Positions 1 to 8,914 of a stretch of DNA of 64,000 nucleotides are shown piece after piece. The notes under the pieces are model-generated. The model saw nothing but the letters and a program-made list of their open reading frames with translations. It did no database searches and was not told where the DNA came from. Made by a program: the position numbers and the translations under genes. The stretch's first letter is position 1. Every line of letters starts with the position of its first letter. Source of the DNA: an uncultured virus (IMG/VR IMGVR_UViG_3300008624_000520) (Duplodnaviria; Heunggongvirae; Uroviricota; Caudoviricetes); the IMG/VR virus record IMGVR_UViG_3300008624_000520, positions 1 through 64,000 of that record. One strand, written 5' to 3'.

Positions 1-2
1 GT

Positions 3-248
3 GAACTTAATGCTTTATATAGTACAAATTGTTCAGGATACGCAGCAGCTTACTTAGCTCAACAATGTGCTCTAGATGCTTTATATAATTCAGCATGTTC
101 AGGATATGCAGCAGCTTATTTAGCTCAACAATGCGCTTTAAATACATTGTATGATGAAGATTGTACAGGATACGCAGCAGCTTTATTAATATATGAATGT
201 GATTTAGATGTATTTTATTCCACACAATGCGACGGATATGCTAGTGCA
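3..248 (+). repeat. 66-bp (22-aa) tandem Cys repeat C-x-L-(N/D)-x-(L/F)Y-x3-C-x-GY-A, at least 4 copies
   Basis: The tgttcaggata(c/t)gcagcagctta(c/t)ttagctcaacaatg unit recurs at 66-nt spacing, with degenerate copies downstream. Confidence 0.85.
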
Positions 249-2294
249 TTGGCACAAGAAGAAGCTTTGTATGATGCTATATATGGGACAGACGAGGATT
301 ATGGATATGATGATGGTAGTGATGATGGAAGTGATTATGGTTATGATGAATATGGAAATGCCTACGCAGAAGAAGACATGTGGTATGATGAAGAATATGG
401 TGAATATTTAGATCCTAATGATCCTTGTTATCAAAATGCTTGTGCAGACTTTACAGATGCTGATTGGTATGCACTAGACATAGAACAATTTGGGCAAGAG
501 CAAGTTGACGAATGGTATGGCCAAGATGTAGAGTTCTCAGACGAAGGTTATATAGACTACGGCACACAGACAGAAGAAGAGTATTGGACAAACATTGATG
601 AGGGTATGGATGAATATGATCAAGAGCAACAAGAAATGTATGATTCGTTTACAGAAGAAGATTGGTATGCTTATGATGTAGAGGAGTATGGCCAAGAACA
701 AGTAGATGAATGGTATGGAACAGAAGTAGAATTTACTGAAGATGGAACGTTTGCTTACGAAGAAGAACAATTTTATGAAGAAGAACAGTTTGAAGAACAA
801 TATAGTGAAGAAATTTATTTAACAGATGCTGAATGGTATGAAATAGACATAGAAGAGTTTGGCCAAGAGCAGGTAGATGAGTGGTATGGCGAAGATGTAA
901 CGTTTGATGAGGAAGGTTATATACCTGAAACCCATTGGGAAGAAATGTATGAAGAAGAGCTACTAGCACAAAACTTAACACAAGAAGAGATTTATATATT
1001 AGAAGAAGAAGTTGGTGTTGAAATATTCGTTGAAGAAGAGTGGGTACCTGAAGAAGAAAATGAGATATATGAGGAAGTGTTAGAGGATTATGAAAGAGAA
1101 GCTCTTGAAGAACAAGAAGAAGAGATATTCGAAGATTTTGATGAAACGTATGACGAAGAAGAGCTTTACATAGAAGAAGATGAGGCATTCGAAGACTTAA
1201 TAGATGAAGAAGAGTTAGAAGAACTTATTAATGAAGAACACGAAGAAGAGTTCTTTGAAGAAGAGGAGCAACAAGAAGAAGAACAACAAGAGAGCAAACA
1301 AATATATGCAGGACCTACTAATTCAGGCCAGGGAACACAAGTAGCTCAACAAGAACTGCAGACCTTTACTGCACAAGTAGCTCAACAAGAACAACAACAA
1401 GAACAACAAACAATACAACAAGCAGTATCACAAGACTCGTCATCAAGCAGTTCACAAGCAGTTGTTGCAGAGATAGATTTTGGTGGCACACAAGAAGAAC
1501 AACAAACAGTTGCTGAAGTCATACAAGAACAGTTAGACGACGGTTCAGGTAGTACCACAGGAGGCAGTTTTGACAGTAATTCATATTCAAGTGGTAGCAG
1601 TAGTAGTGGTAGTAGCGGTTTTGTAGCTAGTAGTAGTCAACAGGAACAAATAACACAGTCTACAGGTAATTCATTTATTGCAGAACAGCAAGAACAACAA
1701 ACAGGTCAATCACAGATACAAGTAGCAGAAGTAGAATCAGGGCCTGCAGTAACAGCTTTTGAAGTAGCAGAACAACAACAAGAAACACAAGAAGAACAAC
1801 AAGAATTAACCTTTGATGATGGTTCTAACTTTACCGTAGCAGATCAGAACTTTGAAAGTTCGTTTGATGACGCTTTAGGGGCGGGACAATCAATAGGACA
1901 GTTTTTAAGTAACCAACAACCTAACTTTGCTAAGTTTGATGTTGCACCACCTACTGTTGACGAACAACAAGTTACATCAGCTGTTGAATCATTAGCAGAT
2001 AGAATGGGATCACAAGTAGCAGCTCAAAACTTACAAACACAATTAGATAACGTGCAACAAGGTGGAGGGTTTGATGTAGATCAAACAGCAACGGTTGCTT
2101 TTATAGGTTATAGTTCAGGGTTCAGTGATTATACTGGACAAGAACAATTATCAGATAAGGATGATTGGTACATATCTAAAACAATGTACCCTGGCAACAA
2201 TGTTAAAGATAATGATTTAAGTTTTTATATGATGGCGGGTAGAACCCAAGGTAAATTACAAAAAATGATAGACAGTCAATATAATAGGGAGTAA
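3..2294 (+). CDS. Very acidic repeat protein, 5'-truncated by the window edge; probable virion/surface protein
   Basis: Frame 3 is open from nt 3 (ELNALYSTNCSGYAAAYLAQQC...), so the 147 start in the ORF track is internal. Contains 22-aa Cys repeats, a D/E-rich middle and a Q/S-rich C-terminal part. Confidence 0.75.
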   Translation, partial: ELNALYSTNCSGYAAAYLAQQCALDALYNSACSGYAAAYLAQQCALNTLYDEDCTGYAAALLIYECDLDVFYSTQCDGYASALAQEEALYDAIYGTDEDYGYDDGSDDGSDYGYDEYGNAYAEEDMWYDEEYGEYLDPNDPCYQNACADFTDADWYALDIEQFGQEQVDEWYGQDVEFSDEGYIDYGTQTEEEYWTNIDEGMDEYDQEQQEMYDSFTEEDWYAYDVEEYGQEQVDEWYGTEVEFTEDGTFAYEEEQFYEEEQFEEQYSEEIYLTDAEWYEIDIEEFGQEQVDEWYGEDVTFDEEGYIPETHWEEMYEEELLAQNLTQEEIYILEEEVGVEIFVEEEWVPEEENEIYEEVLEDYEREALEEQEEEIFEDFDETYDEEELYIEEDEAFEDLIDEEELEELINEEHEEEFFEEEEQQEEEQQESKQIYAGPTNSGQGTQVAQQELQTFTAQVAQQEQQQEQQTIQQAVSQDSSSSSSQAVVAEIDFGGTQEEQQTVAEVIQEQLDDGSGSTTGGSFDSNSYSSGSSSSGSSGFVASSSQQEQITQSTGNSFIAEQQEQQTGQSQIQVAEVESGPAVTAFEVAEQQQETQEEQQELTFDDGSNFTVADQNFESSFDDALGAGQSIGQFLSNQQPNFAKFDVAPPTVDEQQVTSAVESLADRMGSQVAAQNLQTQLDNVQQGGGFDVDQTATVAFIGYSSGFSDYTGQEQLSDKDDWYISKTMYPGNNVKDNDLSFYMMAGRTQGKLQKMIDSQYNRE
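450..917 (+). repeat. Three dispersed ~33-aa repeats (F/L)T.x(D/E)WY..D(I/V)E.(F/Y)GQEQVDEWYG..V.F
   Basis: Copies start near 450, 648 and 819. Confidence 0.85.
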
Positions 2295-2297
2295 AAA

Positions 2298-2645
2298 ATG
2301 GCAGAAGAAAAACAAATAGCACTTAAAGAATCAAGCCAAATAACTCTAGACGTAAAAAGTTTAATAGGCATACTTGCCATTATTCTATCAATAGCAGGTG
2401 TATATTTTACACTAACAGGATCGTTAGCAACAACAAAGTTAGATGTTATTAGAATGCAAGATGCTGTAGAAATGAACTCTGAGTTTAGAGTTAAATGGCC
2501 AAGAGGTGAACTCGGTGCTTTGCCTGATGATGCGGTTCAAGATTTAAATATTGAGTATCTTCAAAAGGAGATGGATCAATTACAAAAAGAATTTGATGAA
2601 CACATGAAGGCGCATAATAAAAATAGTAAGAAATTAGGAGACTAA
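2298..2645 (+). CDS. Hypothetical membrane-anchored protein
   Basis: RBS ggag upstream; one N-terminal TM segment followed by coiled coil. Confidence 0.7.
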   Translation: MAEEKQIALKESSQITLDVKSLIGILAIILSIAGVYFTLTGSLATTKLDVIRMQDAVEMNSEFRVKWPRGELGALPDDAVQDLNIEYLQKEMDQLQKEFDEHMKAHNKNSKKLGD

Positions 2646-2646
2646 G

Positions 2647-3078
2647 ATGGCAGAAGTAGAATATAAAGGGCTTAAAATAGGAGGCAGTCAATGGCTTATT
2701 ATCCTACCTTTACTAGGCTCTATAGTAGGTGGCCTCTGGGGAGGCTTTCAATTGTATGATAGACTTCTAGACGCAGAAGCAAAACTAGCAAAAGTTAATC
2801 CAGTTGCAATACAAGCAGAAGTAGAAAAGCTACAAGGTATAACTGATGTAATAAGAGAAGAGTTGGCAGAAGATATAAGGGTATCTAGTCAACTAGCTCG
2901 AGATGTTGAAAAGTCCGCAGCAGAGACACAACGAATAATTCGTAACGATGTTTATGAGATGGAACGTGAAATGCAGTCCAGATTTAAAGAAATGGATGCA
3001 GACATTAGAGAAATGCGGGATGATCTAGAAGACAGGATACAAACGATACTTGAAAACCCACTTAACGATGTGGAATAA
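2647..3078 (+). CDS. Hypothetical membrane-anchored coiled-coil protein
   Basis: RBS aggag; TM segment IILPLLGSIVGGLWGG followed by coiled coil. Confidence 0.7.
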   Translation: MAEVEYKGLKIGGSQWLIILPLLGSIVGGLWGGFQLYDRLLDAEAKLAKVNPVAIQAEVEKLQGITDVIREELAEDIRVSSQLARDVEKSAAETQRIIRNDVYEMEREMQSRFKEMDADIREMRDDLEDRIQTILENPLNDVE

Positions 3079-3140
3079 GCTACCCATTTGGGTTATAGGT
3101 ACACTCGTTTATGGTATAGGCGGGTTTTGTATGTATATGA

Positions 3141-3902
3141 TTATGTTTTGGACTTAAACGTACAAACAGGTATTGGCTTCATTTTGTGTATGTTTGCTTC
3201 TCTTAATTCCAAATATCTCTCATATACTTTCTCAGATAAAGGATCTGAAGGTGTTAAATTATTTTCTGCCACATTCATTGCCCATTCTAATTCAGAATAA
3301 CTTATTCCTAACTGATCTTCATCAGTTCTTCCATCAGCCCACAAACCATCTGTAGGTGCTGCATCTATTATGTCTTGATTGACACCTAATTTTTCTGCCA
3401 AATAATATACTTCTGTTTTTAATAGATCTCCTATAGGGCTTATATCAACTCCACCATCTCCATACTTAGTAAAGAACCCTACTCCAAAATCTTCTACTTT
3501 ATTCCCTGTACCACATACTAGCATATTATTAGCTTGTGCTATGTGATATAACGTTAGCATACGGAACCTGGCTTTAGAGTTTACTAATGCTAGCTCATTG
3601 CCACAACCCACCCTCGCCATCATTAGCTTAAAATTGTGCAATAATTGATTCAGTTCTACAGTTTTTGATCTAATATTATCGAAACGAAGACCTAATTCGT
3701 GCATATGAGTTTCTGCTAGTGTAACGCCCTTCTTATTGTGGATTTCAGGCATAAAAACTACTATCGTTGGTCTACCTGTCATAGCGCATAGAGTTGATGT
3801 TACTGCAGAGTCTACACCCCCTGATATTCCTACAACGAAGCCTTTATCTGAATAGGCTTCTAGCCAGCTAATGATTTGCGATATTTTGTCTTGTGTTTCC
3901 AT
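3141..3902 (-). CDS. nadE: NH3-dependent NAD+ synthetase
   Basis: PP-loop GISGGVDS, N.KAR.RM, GTGNK.E, FFTKYGDGGVDISPIGDLLKTEV, PTDGLW and TDEDQLG.SY. Confidence 0.93.
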   Translation of the reverse strand: METQDKISQIISWLEAYSDKGFVVGISGGVDSAVTSTLCAMTGRPTIVVFMPEIHNKKGVTLAETHMHELGLRFDNIRSKTVELNQLLHNFKLMMARVGCGNELALVNSKARFRMLTLYHIAQANNMLVCGTGNKVEDFGVGFFTKYGDGGVDISPIGDLLKTEVYYLAEKLGVNQDIIDAAPTDGLWADGRTDEDQLGISYSELEWAMNVAENNLTPSDPLSEKVYERYLELREANIHKMKPIPVCTFKSKT

Positions 3903-5160
3903 AATGAATGACTTTTAATTTGTCATTTTTATATTCTCTCCAGGGATCAACTACAATGGCATCTATATTTAGTTTACAATATAGTTCTGGATGAGCTAAT
4001 AGGACGACAGCACTATGTGGTCCTTGGAAGAACCTATGATCCATTGCTAAAGGATCTACTTCTATTACTTCATGTCCTAATTCTTTAACATAATGACCTA
4101 CCAACAATGAATAGCTTCCTGCTGTGTAACCAACTCCTGGTTTGTATGATATTCCGTTAAGTAGTATAGGTAATCCTGCTTGCTCTGCTTCACTAACTAA
4201 AAACTTGGCTAAATTCTTAGCTTGTATCTCACGAGCATTCATAATAGCATCAAAGATGTCATATTCTAATCCTAAGTTCTGTGCCATGTAACGTAGAGCT
4301 ATATTATCCCTTGGGTGACATGCTCCACCATCTCCCATGCCGGCCTTCATGTATGCTTTGCTTACAATACGTTGTCTGCTACTAGCTAATGCGTTTGTAA
4401 CAACATCTACATTAATGTTACCTTGTTTCTCAGCAACATCTTGTATCATATTAACTAAACCTATTTTCATACTGATAAATGTATTGTAAAATACTTTAAT
4501 ACATTCACATTCGTCCCAAGTGCCTATATGATATTCAGGATTGTTTTCCATAATAGTATGATAGAACTCAACTAACTGATTAGCATCTGCTGTTCTCTCG
4601 CCGTCTTGTGTACCTATCATTACCATATCAGGATTAACCATATCCCAGCCTACTGTGCCCATGGCAATTAAATAAGGGTTATATACGAACCTTGTATTAG
4701 TTACTAAAGGAATAAACTCTCGTCTAACTGTACCTGGCAATACTGTGCTTATTAACACGAGTAGTTGGCTATCGTCCATGTACTTATTTGCTTCTGTTAA
4801 TACTTCTTGAACTATTTTATAGTCAAAGTCTTTAGGTTCTAAGTGAGCTGTAGGAGCTTTACCATCGTAAGCAGGATCGTGAGGTGTGGGTACTGCTACA
4901 AAGACTATTTCTCTGTCTGCAACACATTCTGCTATGGTATCTTTTTGTATAACGTTTTGTGTAAGAACTTTAACAACATCATAACCTGTAACGTCATGTT
5001 TCTTTGCTATTACCTCAGCACAAGGAAGGCCTAGTTTGCCTAGTCCTATAAATCCTATTTTACTTGATTGGGTTTGTAGGAGTTGATCTATATCTCCAAA
5101 TGTTTCTAGTTTGCTTGACGGTGTGATTGTTATCGCCTCGGCTCCACTATACGACTTCAT
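3868..5160 (-). CDS. UDP-glucose/GDP-mannose dehydrogenase family protein
   Basis: Rossmann GFIGLGKLG, VAVPTP, STVLPGT, K.FYN and catalytic GGACHPRD. Confidence 0.88.
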   Translation of the reverse strand: MKSYSGAEAITITPSSKLETFGDIDQLLQTQSSKIGFIGLGKLGLPCAEVIAKKHDVTGYDVVKVLTQNVIQKDTIAECVADREIVFVAVPTPHDPAYDGKAPTAHLEPKDFDYKIVQEVLTEANKYMDDSQLLVLISTVLPGTVRREFIPLVTNTRFVYNPYLIAMGTVGWDMVNPDMVMIGTQDGERTADANQLVEFYHTIMENNPEYHIGTWDECECIKVFYNTFISMKIGLVNMIQDVAEKQGNINVDVVTNALASSRQRIVSKAYMKAGMGDGGACHPRDNIALRYMAQNLGLEYDIFDAIMNAREIQAKNLAKFLVSEAEQAGLPILLNGISYKPGVGYTAGSYSLLVGHYVKELGHEVIEVDPLAMDHRFFQGPHSAVVLLAHPELYCKLNIDAIVVDPWREYKNDKLKVIHYGNTRQNIANH

Positions 5161-5896
5161 AATCTCTCTCTATATCTTCTTCACTCATTTGCTCTCCATA
5201 CTGTATTTCAATAATGTGGCAAGGTTTGCTACTGTTATTTGTTATTTGGTGCCACTCTTCAGCTCGCACCGTAAATACATCATCCTCTTTTAGGACTCTT
5301 AATGTATATCTATATTTATCAGTTTTAGCATGCTTCACCATGCATTTTCCTTTACTTATAAACCAAATTTCGGATCTTTTAAAATGTCTTTGATAACTAA
5401 TCTCTTCTCCTGGTGCAATTATAAGTTCTTTCACTTTAACCTTACCATCTCGGAAGATAACTCTATAAGAACCCCAACGTTTTTTGGTTATTTGTAATAT
5501 CTTAGAACTGCTGTTTTCTTTCTGATATCCACCTACACCATACACGAAGTTAATGCCTTTTACAAAGACTTCAGGGATATTATCACCTAAACGATCACCA
5601 CCATTACAAAATATAATGGTATCGTCTTTATTAAACTTGAGTAGGTAATTTAGGCCAGCTATGGCTGAATTATCTTTGTCATCAAATGATTGTACTTCAT
5701 CTACAAATTCAAGTGCTTTTAGTATAGCTGCTCTTTCACTGAATGGCATAAAAGGACTGCCTTTCTTACGTTTTAACCATTCATCGCTATTAAGGAGAAC
5801 AACGAGTTTGTCTCCCATTTCACTTGCTTCTTTTAGTAGTCGTAAATGTCCTGAATGTAAGGGATCGAAGCCACCGCTTACTACGGCTATCTTCAT
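5147..5896 (-). CDS. Cytidylyl/adenylyltransferase (RfaE-II/TagD-like) fused to a mannose-6-phosphate isomerase-type cupin
   Basis: N-terminal SGGFDPLHSGH and NGGDR; C-terminal KRWGSY...SYQRHFKRSEIW...WHQI..IIEIQYG...EEDIER. Confidence 0.85.
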   Translation of the reverse strand: MKIAVVSGGFDPLHSGHLRLLKEASEMGDKLVVLLNSDEWLKRKKGSPFMPFSERAAILKALEFVDEVQSFDDKDNSAIAGLNYLLKFNKDDTIIFCNGGDRLGDNIPEVFVKGINFVYGVGGYQKENSSSKILQITKKRWGSYRVIFRDGKVKVKELIIAPGEEISYQRHFKRSEIWFISKGKCMVKHAKTDKYRYTLRVLKEDDVFTVRAEEWHQITNNSSKPCHIIEIQYGEQMSEEDIERDYEVV

Positions 5897-6159
5897 TTCT
5901 TCTTAGGTGGAAAGTAACCGTTATGCCAATGCTTAGGTTCTACCAATCTCTGACCCGGTTCTCCATCCTCTTCCCAACCGTTAAGTAGATCACCCTGGAA
6001 GCCCTTAGGTTCATCATCCTTTCCCATAGCGTCTATAAGCATAGCTCTATAAGTTCCAGGAAAACCATAAGACGATATCTCATCAGGTTTAATCTTTTCT
6101 TTTACGTTCTTGGTTTTAGGACGACGAAGTTTACGCAGTAAGTTAGTTAAGAAAGCCAT
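5893..6159 (-). CDS. Hypothetical protein
   Basis: ORF track 5893..6204; MAFLT at 6159 is the likelier start; ATGA overlap with the next gene. Confidence 0.55.
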   Translation of the reverse strand: MAFLTNLLRKLRRPKTKNVKEKIKPDEISSYGFPGTYRAMLIDAMGKDDEPKGFQGDLLNGWEEDGEPGQRLVEPKHWHNGYFPPKKK

Positions 6160-6286
6160 ATATACCACACCATATATTAAGTATCGTCCATTCAAGGGGC
6201 ACATAAAGTATCGGAACGAGGACGAGGCCTACCAATACGATCAACAACCGATTATAATTATCACCTTCACTAAGCCAATTTCTCAT
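6143..6286 (-). CDS. Small membrane protein
   Basis: MRNWLSEG...LLIVLVGLVLVPILYV with RBS ggag upstream. Confidence 0.5.
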   Translation of the reverse strand: MRNWLSEGDNYNRLLIVLVGLVLVPILYVPLEWTILNIWCGIYGFLN

Positions 6287-6287
6287 T

Positions 6288-6551
6288 TCACACACTTCTC
6301 CTATATTCAAGCTCTTTAGCATACCGCCACATATTATAATCTTCTTCAAAGCCCTCGAAATGCCTATCTATGCTAGGATAGGGGTTATATATCGGAGGAT
6401 ATTCGCCAGGTACTGGCTCGGGATATGTGGGTGGATACTTTATTAATAAAAACAGAATTCCGGATAAAAATGAAATCCCTAAAATAACGATACCAATGTT
6501 AGATAATTTTCTAAGTAGTTCTTTCACTATAATCTGATGTCCTATTGTCAT
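6288..6551 (-). CDS. Hypothetical membrane protein
   Basis: TM segment plus Pro-rich stretch; start uncertain (6551 or 6584). Confidence 0.5.
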   Translation of the reverse strand: MTIGHQIIVKELLRKLSNIGIVILGISFLSGILFLLIKYPPTYPEPVPGEYPPIYNPYPSIDRHFEGFEEDYNMWRYAKELEYRRSV

Positions 6552-6556
6552 GTTAT

Positions 6557-6676
6557 TTATATAATAACGTAAAAGATTAACCATGGGATAATAACAAATA
6601 TTGTGAGTAATATTACCAAAGTTCCAAGGGTAATCTGTTCTTCTTGTAGTATTTCTTTAAAACGACGTATCAACAT
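6557..6676 (-). CDS. 39-aa single-TM micro-ORF (MLIRRFKEILQEEQITLGTLVILLTIFVIIPWLIFYVII)
   Basis: Translated by hand; fills the gap between neighbouring ORFs. Confidence 0.45.
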   Translation of the reverse strand: MLIRRFKEILQEEQITLGTLVILLTIFVIIPWLIFYVII

Positions 6677-6926
6677 GTGGTTTTCCTATATTATAATCAA
6701 AAGGCTTACTAATATTCATAAACGTAGGTCTTTTGTCTTTGCCAACCCATGTAAACCATTTACACATCATGGCAGGAGTAGGATTGTCATAATAATTTAA
6801 TATAGCTTTCTCATCTCCCAATACACCATTCATGCAATAAAGCTCTATTTCTTCTACATTAGAGGCAGCAATATACTCAATGGTTCCATTTATGTCCTTA
6901 CACGAGGCAAATATTATGTTATTCAT
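6657..6926 (-). CDS. Hypothetical protein, probably leaderless early gene
   Basis: ATG lies 6 nt downstream of a TATAAT box. Confidence 0.65.
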   Translation of the reverse strand: MNNIIFASCKDINGTIEYIAASNVEEIELYCMNGVLGDEKAILNYYDNPTPAMMCKWFTWVGKDKRPTFMNISKPFDYNIGKPHVDTSF

Positions 6927-6932
6927 GCTACT

Positions 6933-6961
6933 ATTATACGGTACGAACGACCATAATACAA
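6933..6961 (-). promoter_or_regulatory. Sigma70-type promoter TTGTAT-17-TATAAT
   Basis: Direct sequence reading. Confidence 0.65.
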
Positions 6962-7446
6962 GAGGCCTCTATACCAAAAGACACGAAAAGGGTTAAAGGT
7001 TTTTTGGTACCGGAATTTCGCCTTTTTCATACTAGCGCGTTTTCTCTAGTTTTTGGCAAGATTTCTACCACCCTTTTTTGAACACTTTTTTGGCGCAAAA
7101 AATTTAAAAGAAAAAGAGATGTGGCCTATATACCCTTATACGCTGGACCAGAATATACGATTTTCATAGCTCACCTGAGGGTTCTTAGGCCTGATGCTAG
7201 GGTATGGCTCTCTGTACGCGCTAGCCCCTCTGCGTACGCGCGTGACTGCTCTATCTCTATACTCGTGGTCTCTGTCTCTATTAGAGCTGGATTAGGTCTT
7301 ATCGGGGCGGGCGGGTCAGGCCTGCTGGGGCGGAATCAGGGTGGAGGGTCTTAGAGGGGCTTAACTGCTTTTGGTGGTCTTAGTGCTTGACACGTCACTC
7401 ATGGCTATCAGAGGCTCTTTTCTAGGGTCTCTGAGTGCTTCTTAGT
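6962..7446. other. Long non-coding region with T-tracts then GC-rich/G-run sequence; candidate replication origin or structured RNA
   Basis: No credible ORF; composition departs sharply from the AT-rich background. Confidence 0.4.
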
Positions 7447-7698
7447 TTAGTACGGACAGTCAGGCCATTCTTCAAACCTCTTGGTGCCTACTTTGTCAAG
7501 CAGTTCATCATGGGTGAATATGTCATAGCCTGTGTACAAAATCTCTTGTCCTACGCTAGGTTCTGGAGTATCTGCAAATGCTTTAAGGCCTAAAGCGTCT
7601 ATGGGCAGGTCTAATTCCTTCGCTAGTTCAGTAGTGGTGAGATTGCATATGTCATCGCCTATTTGATCTAAGATCATGTCATTAACTGGGTGGCTCAT
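7447..7698 (-). CDS. Hypothetical early protein
   Basis: RBS gagga; downstream of a strong promoter. Confidence 0.65.
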   Translation of the reverse strand: MSHPVNDMILDQIGDDICNLTTTELAKELDLPIDALGLKAFADTPEPSVGQEILYTGYDIFTHDELLDKVGTKRFEEWPDCPY

Positions 7699-7736
7699 GC
7701 TGTTATTCCTCTATTGTTTCTATTATTCATACTACT

Positions 7737-7765
7737 ATTATGGCATCTTTGGAACCATTTGTCAA
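7737..7765 (-). promoter_or_regulatory. Sigma70-type promoter TTGACA-17-CATAAT
   Basis: Near-consensus, with GGTTCC box in the spacer. Confidence 0.8.
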
Positions 7766-7960
7766 GAGATTTATGACACGAACGACATATAGAGCACCTA
7801 GCATCTCTTAGCACCTCTGCCCTCGCCATCGCCTGGCGCCCTGATCTGGTGGCCTCTGGGCTTGACTTTTGGTTCCGGCCTGGTTACATCTACGCTCTTA
7901 GGTATTACTCTCAAAACAGCTATTCAAGTATAGGATTACACACAATTACACACTCTGACC

Positions 7961-8248
7961 CTAAATTAGATGCCAAATAAGTGCAAATGTGAGATAAATC
8001 CCTGCGCAAGTCCACAGAGGGTACCTATATATGCTATCTTTGAGTATTAATCCTACTATAAACGCAGCTAAAACGACTGAAATGTCGAATAGGAACATAC
8101 CAAATTGGGCTATATACACACCAAACACCTCTGCGCTGTTGTTATAGACTAGCTCTTTCGCCACTAATTCGTCACTAAACTGTTTCGGATATGCTGTAAT
8201 TAAATGGAGTTGTTGAACAGGCTGCTGTGGATCGTTTCTCCGCCTCAC
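7961..8248 (-). CDS. Hypothetical membrane protein (true start perhaps 8098)
   Basis: Two hydrophobic segments at the C-terminus. Confidence 0.4.
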   Translation of the reverse strand: MRRRNDPQQPVQQLHLITAYPKQFSDELVAKELVYNNSAEVFGVYIAQFGMFLFDISVVLAAFIVGLILKDSIYRYPLWTCAGIYLTFALIWHLI

Positions 8249-8417
8249 TGATGTATGGATGTGTTACACAAACTACATCTGTTGGCCTGATTGTTCTTAC
8301 TACCGTTTGTTTAGATCGTTGTAATATCTCTACTACCAGATTACTCTCGTTTAGGAGATCTATCAGCTTATCATAATTCTTACTGTCTATCTCTACTGTT
8401 ACTAGCTCGTTGGCCAT
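8175..8417 (-). CDS. Hypothetical protein
   Basis: RBS gagg; in operon orientation. Confidence 0.6.
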   Translation of the reverse strand: MANELVTVEIDSKNYDKLIDLLNESNLVVEILQRSKQTVVRTIRPTDVVCVTHPYISEAEKRSTAACSTTPFNYSISETV

Positions 8418-8433
8418 TGGTTTTTGCCTCTCT

Positions 8434-8640
8434 CTAAGGGTTTAGGATACCTAGTACATAGTTCTCTGCTACGTCTTCTGCGTATCGTTCTGCATGTTTA
8501 TATACATCTACACGCTTAACTAGGTCTTTATTCTCATAGCATTTGACGTAAAATCCCTCAGCATTCTTCAGCACTATTGCTTTCCTGCTTGAGTATTCGT
8601 CAGATCCATGAAATCTGTGATGTTCTTTATTCATATTCAT
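8434..8640 (-). CDS. Hypothetical T4-like small protein
   Basis: C-terminal motif YAEDVAENYVLG, recognised from T4-like phages. Confidence 0.7.
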   Translation of the reverse strand: MNMNKEHHRFHGSDEYSSRKAIVLKNAEGFYVKCYENKDLVKRVDVYKHAERYAEDVAENYVLGILNP

Positions 8641-8734
8641 CCGCGTACTCCGTACTTCTTTTAGTTATACTCTGTGCGTTAGAGTAATGGTCTAATAGTT
8701 TCTATATTTATTTATCCTATGCGTTTGTAATCTG

Positions 8735-8914
8735 TTAAGTGGTTTTCTTGGCGTCTTCTGCTGCTTGGCCTTGAGTTAAATTTACTAGAGCTGCTCGTTG
8801 TTTGCCCTTTCGTGTATATTTAGTTCTGTCCCTATGTGTCCTGGGCTTATGCAGTTGATCCATTGCCTTCTTAACAGGCGATCTCTTCTTTATTGTCTTA
8901 GAACGTTTTTTCAT
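8735..8914 (-). CDS. 59-aa basic protein (MKKRSKTIKKRSPVKKAMDQLHKPRTHRDRTKYTRKGKQ...)
   Basis: Translated by hand; below the ORF-track cutoff; resembles a common phage basic PV.K...KP...D..KY.RK.K family. Confidence 0.55.
   Translation of the reverse strand: MKKRSKTIKKRSPVKKAMDQLHKPRTHRDRTKYTRKGKQRAALVNLTQGQAAEDAKKTT

Noticed and set aside
7121..7354. 77-aa plus-strand ORF
   Set aside because: GTG start without a clear RBS and atypical composition; probably a by-product of the GC-rich non-coding region.
7304..7400. tmRNA or tRNA-like GGGGC starts
   Set aside because: No T-arm/CCA end or tag reading frame could be built.
7862..7890. Plus-strand promoter TTGACT-17-TACATC
   Set aside because: Poor -10 and no downstream plus-strand gene; kept only as a copy of the GGTTCC box.
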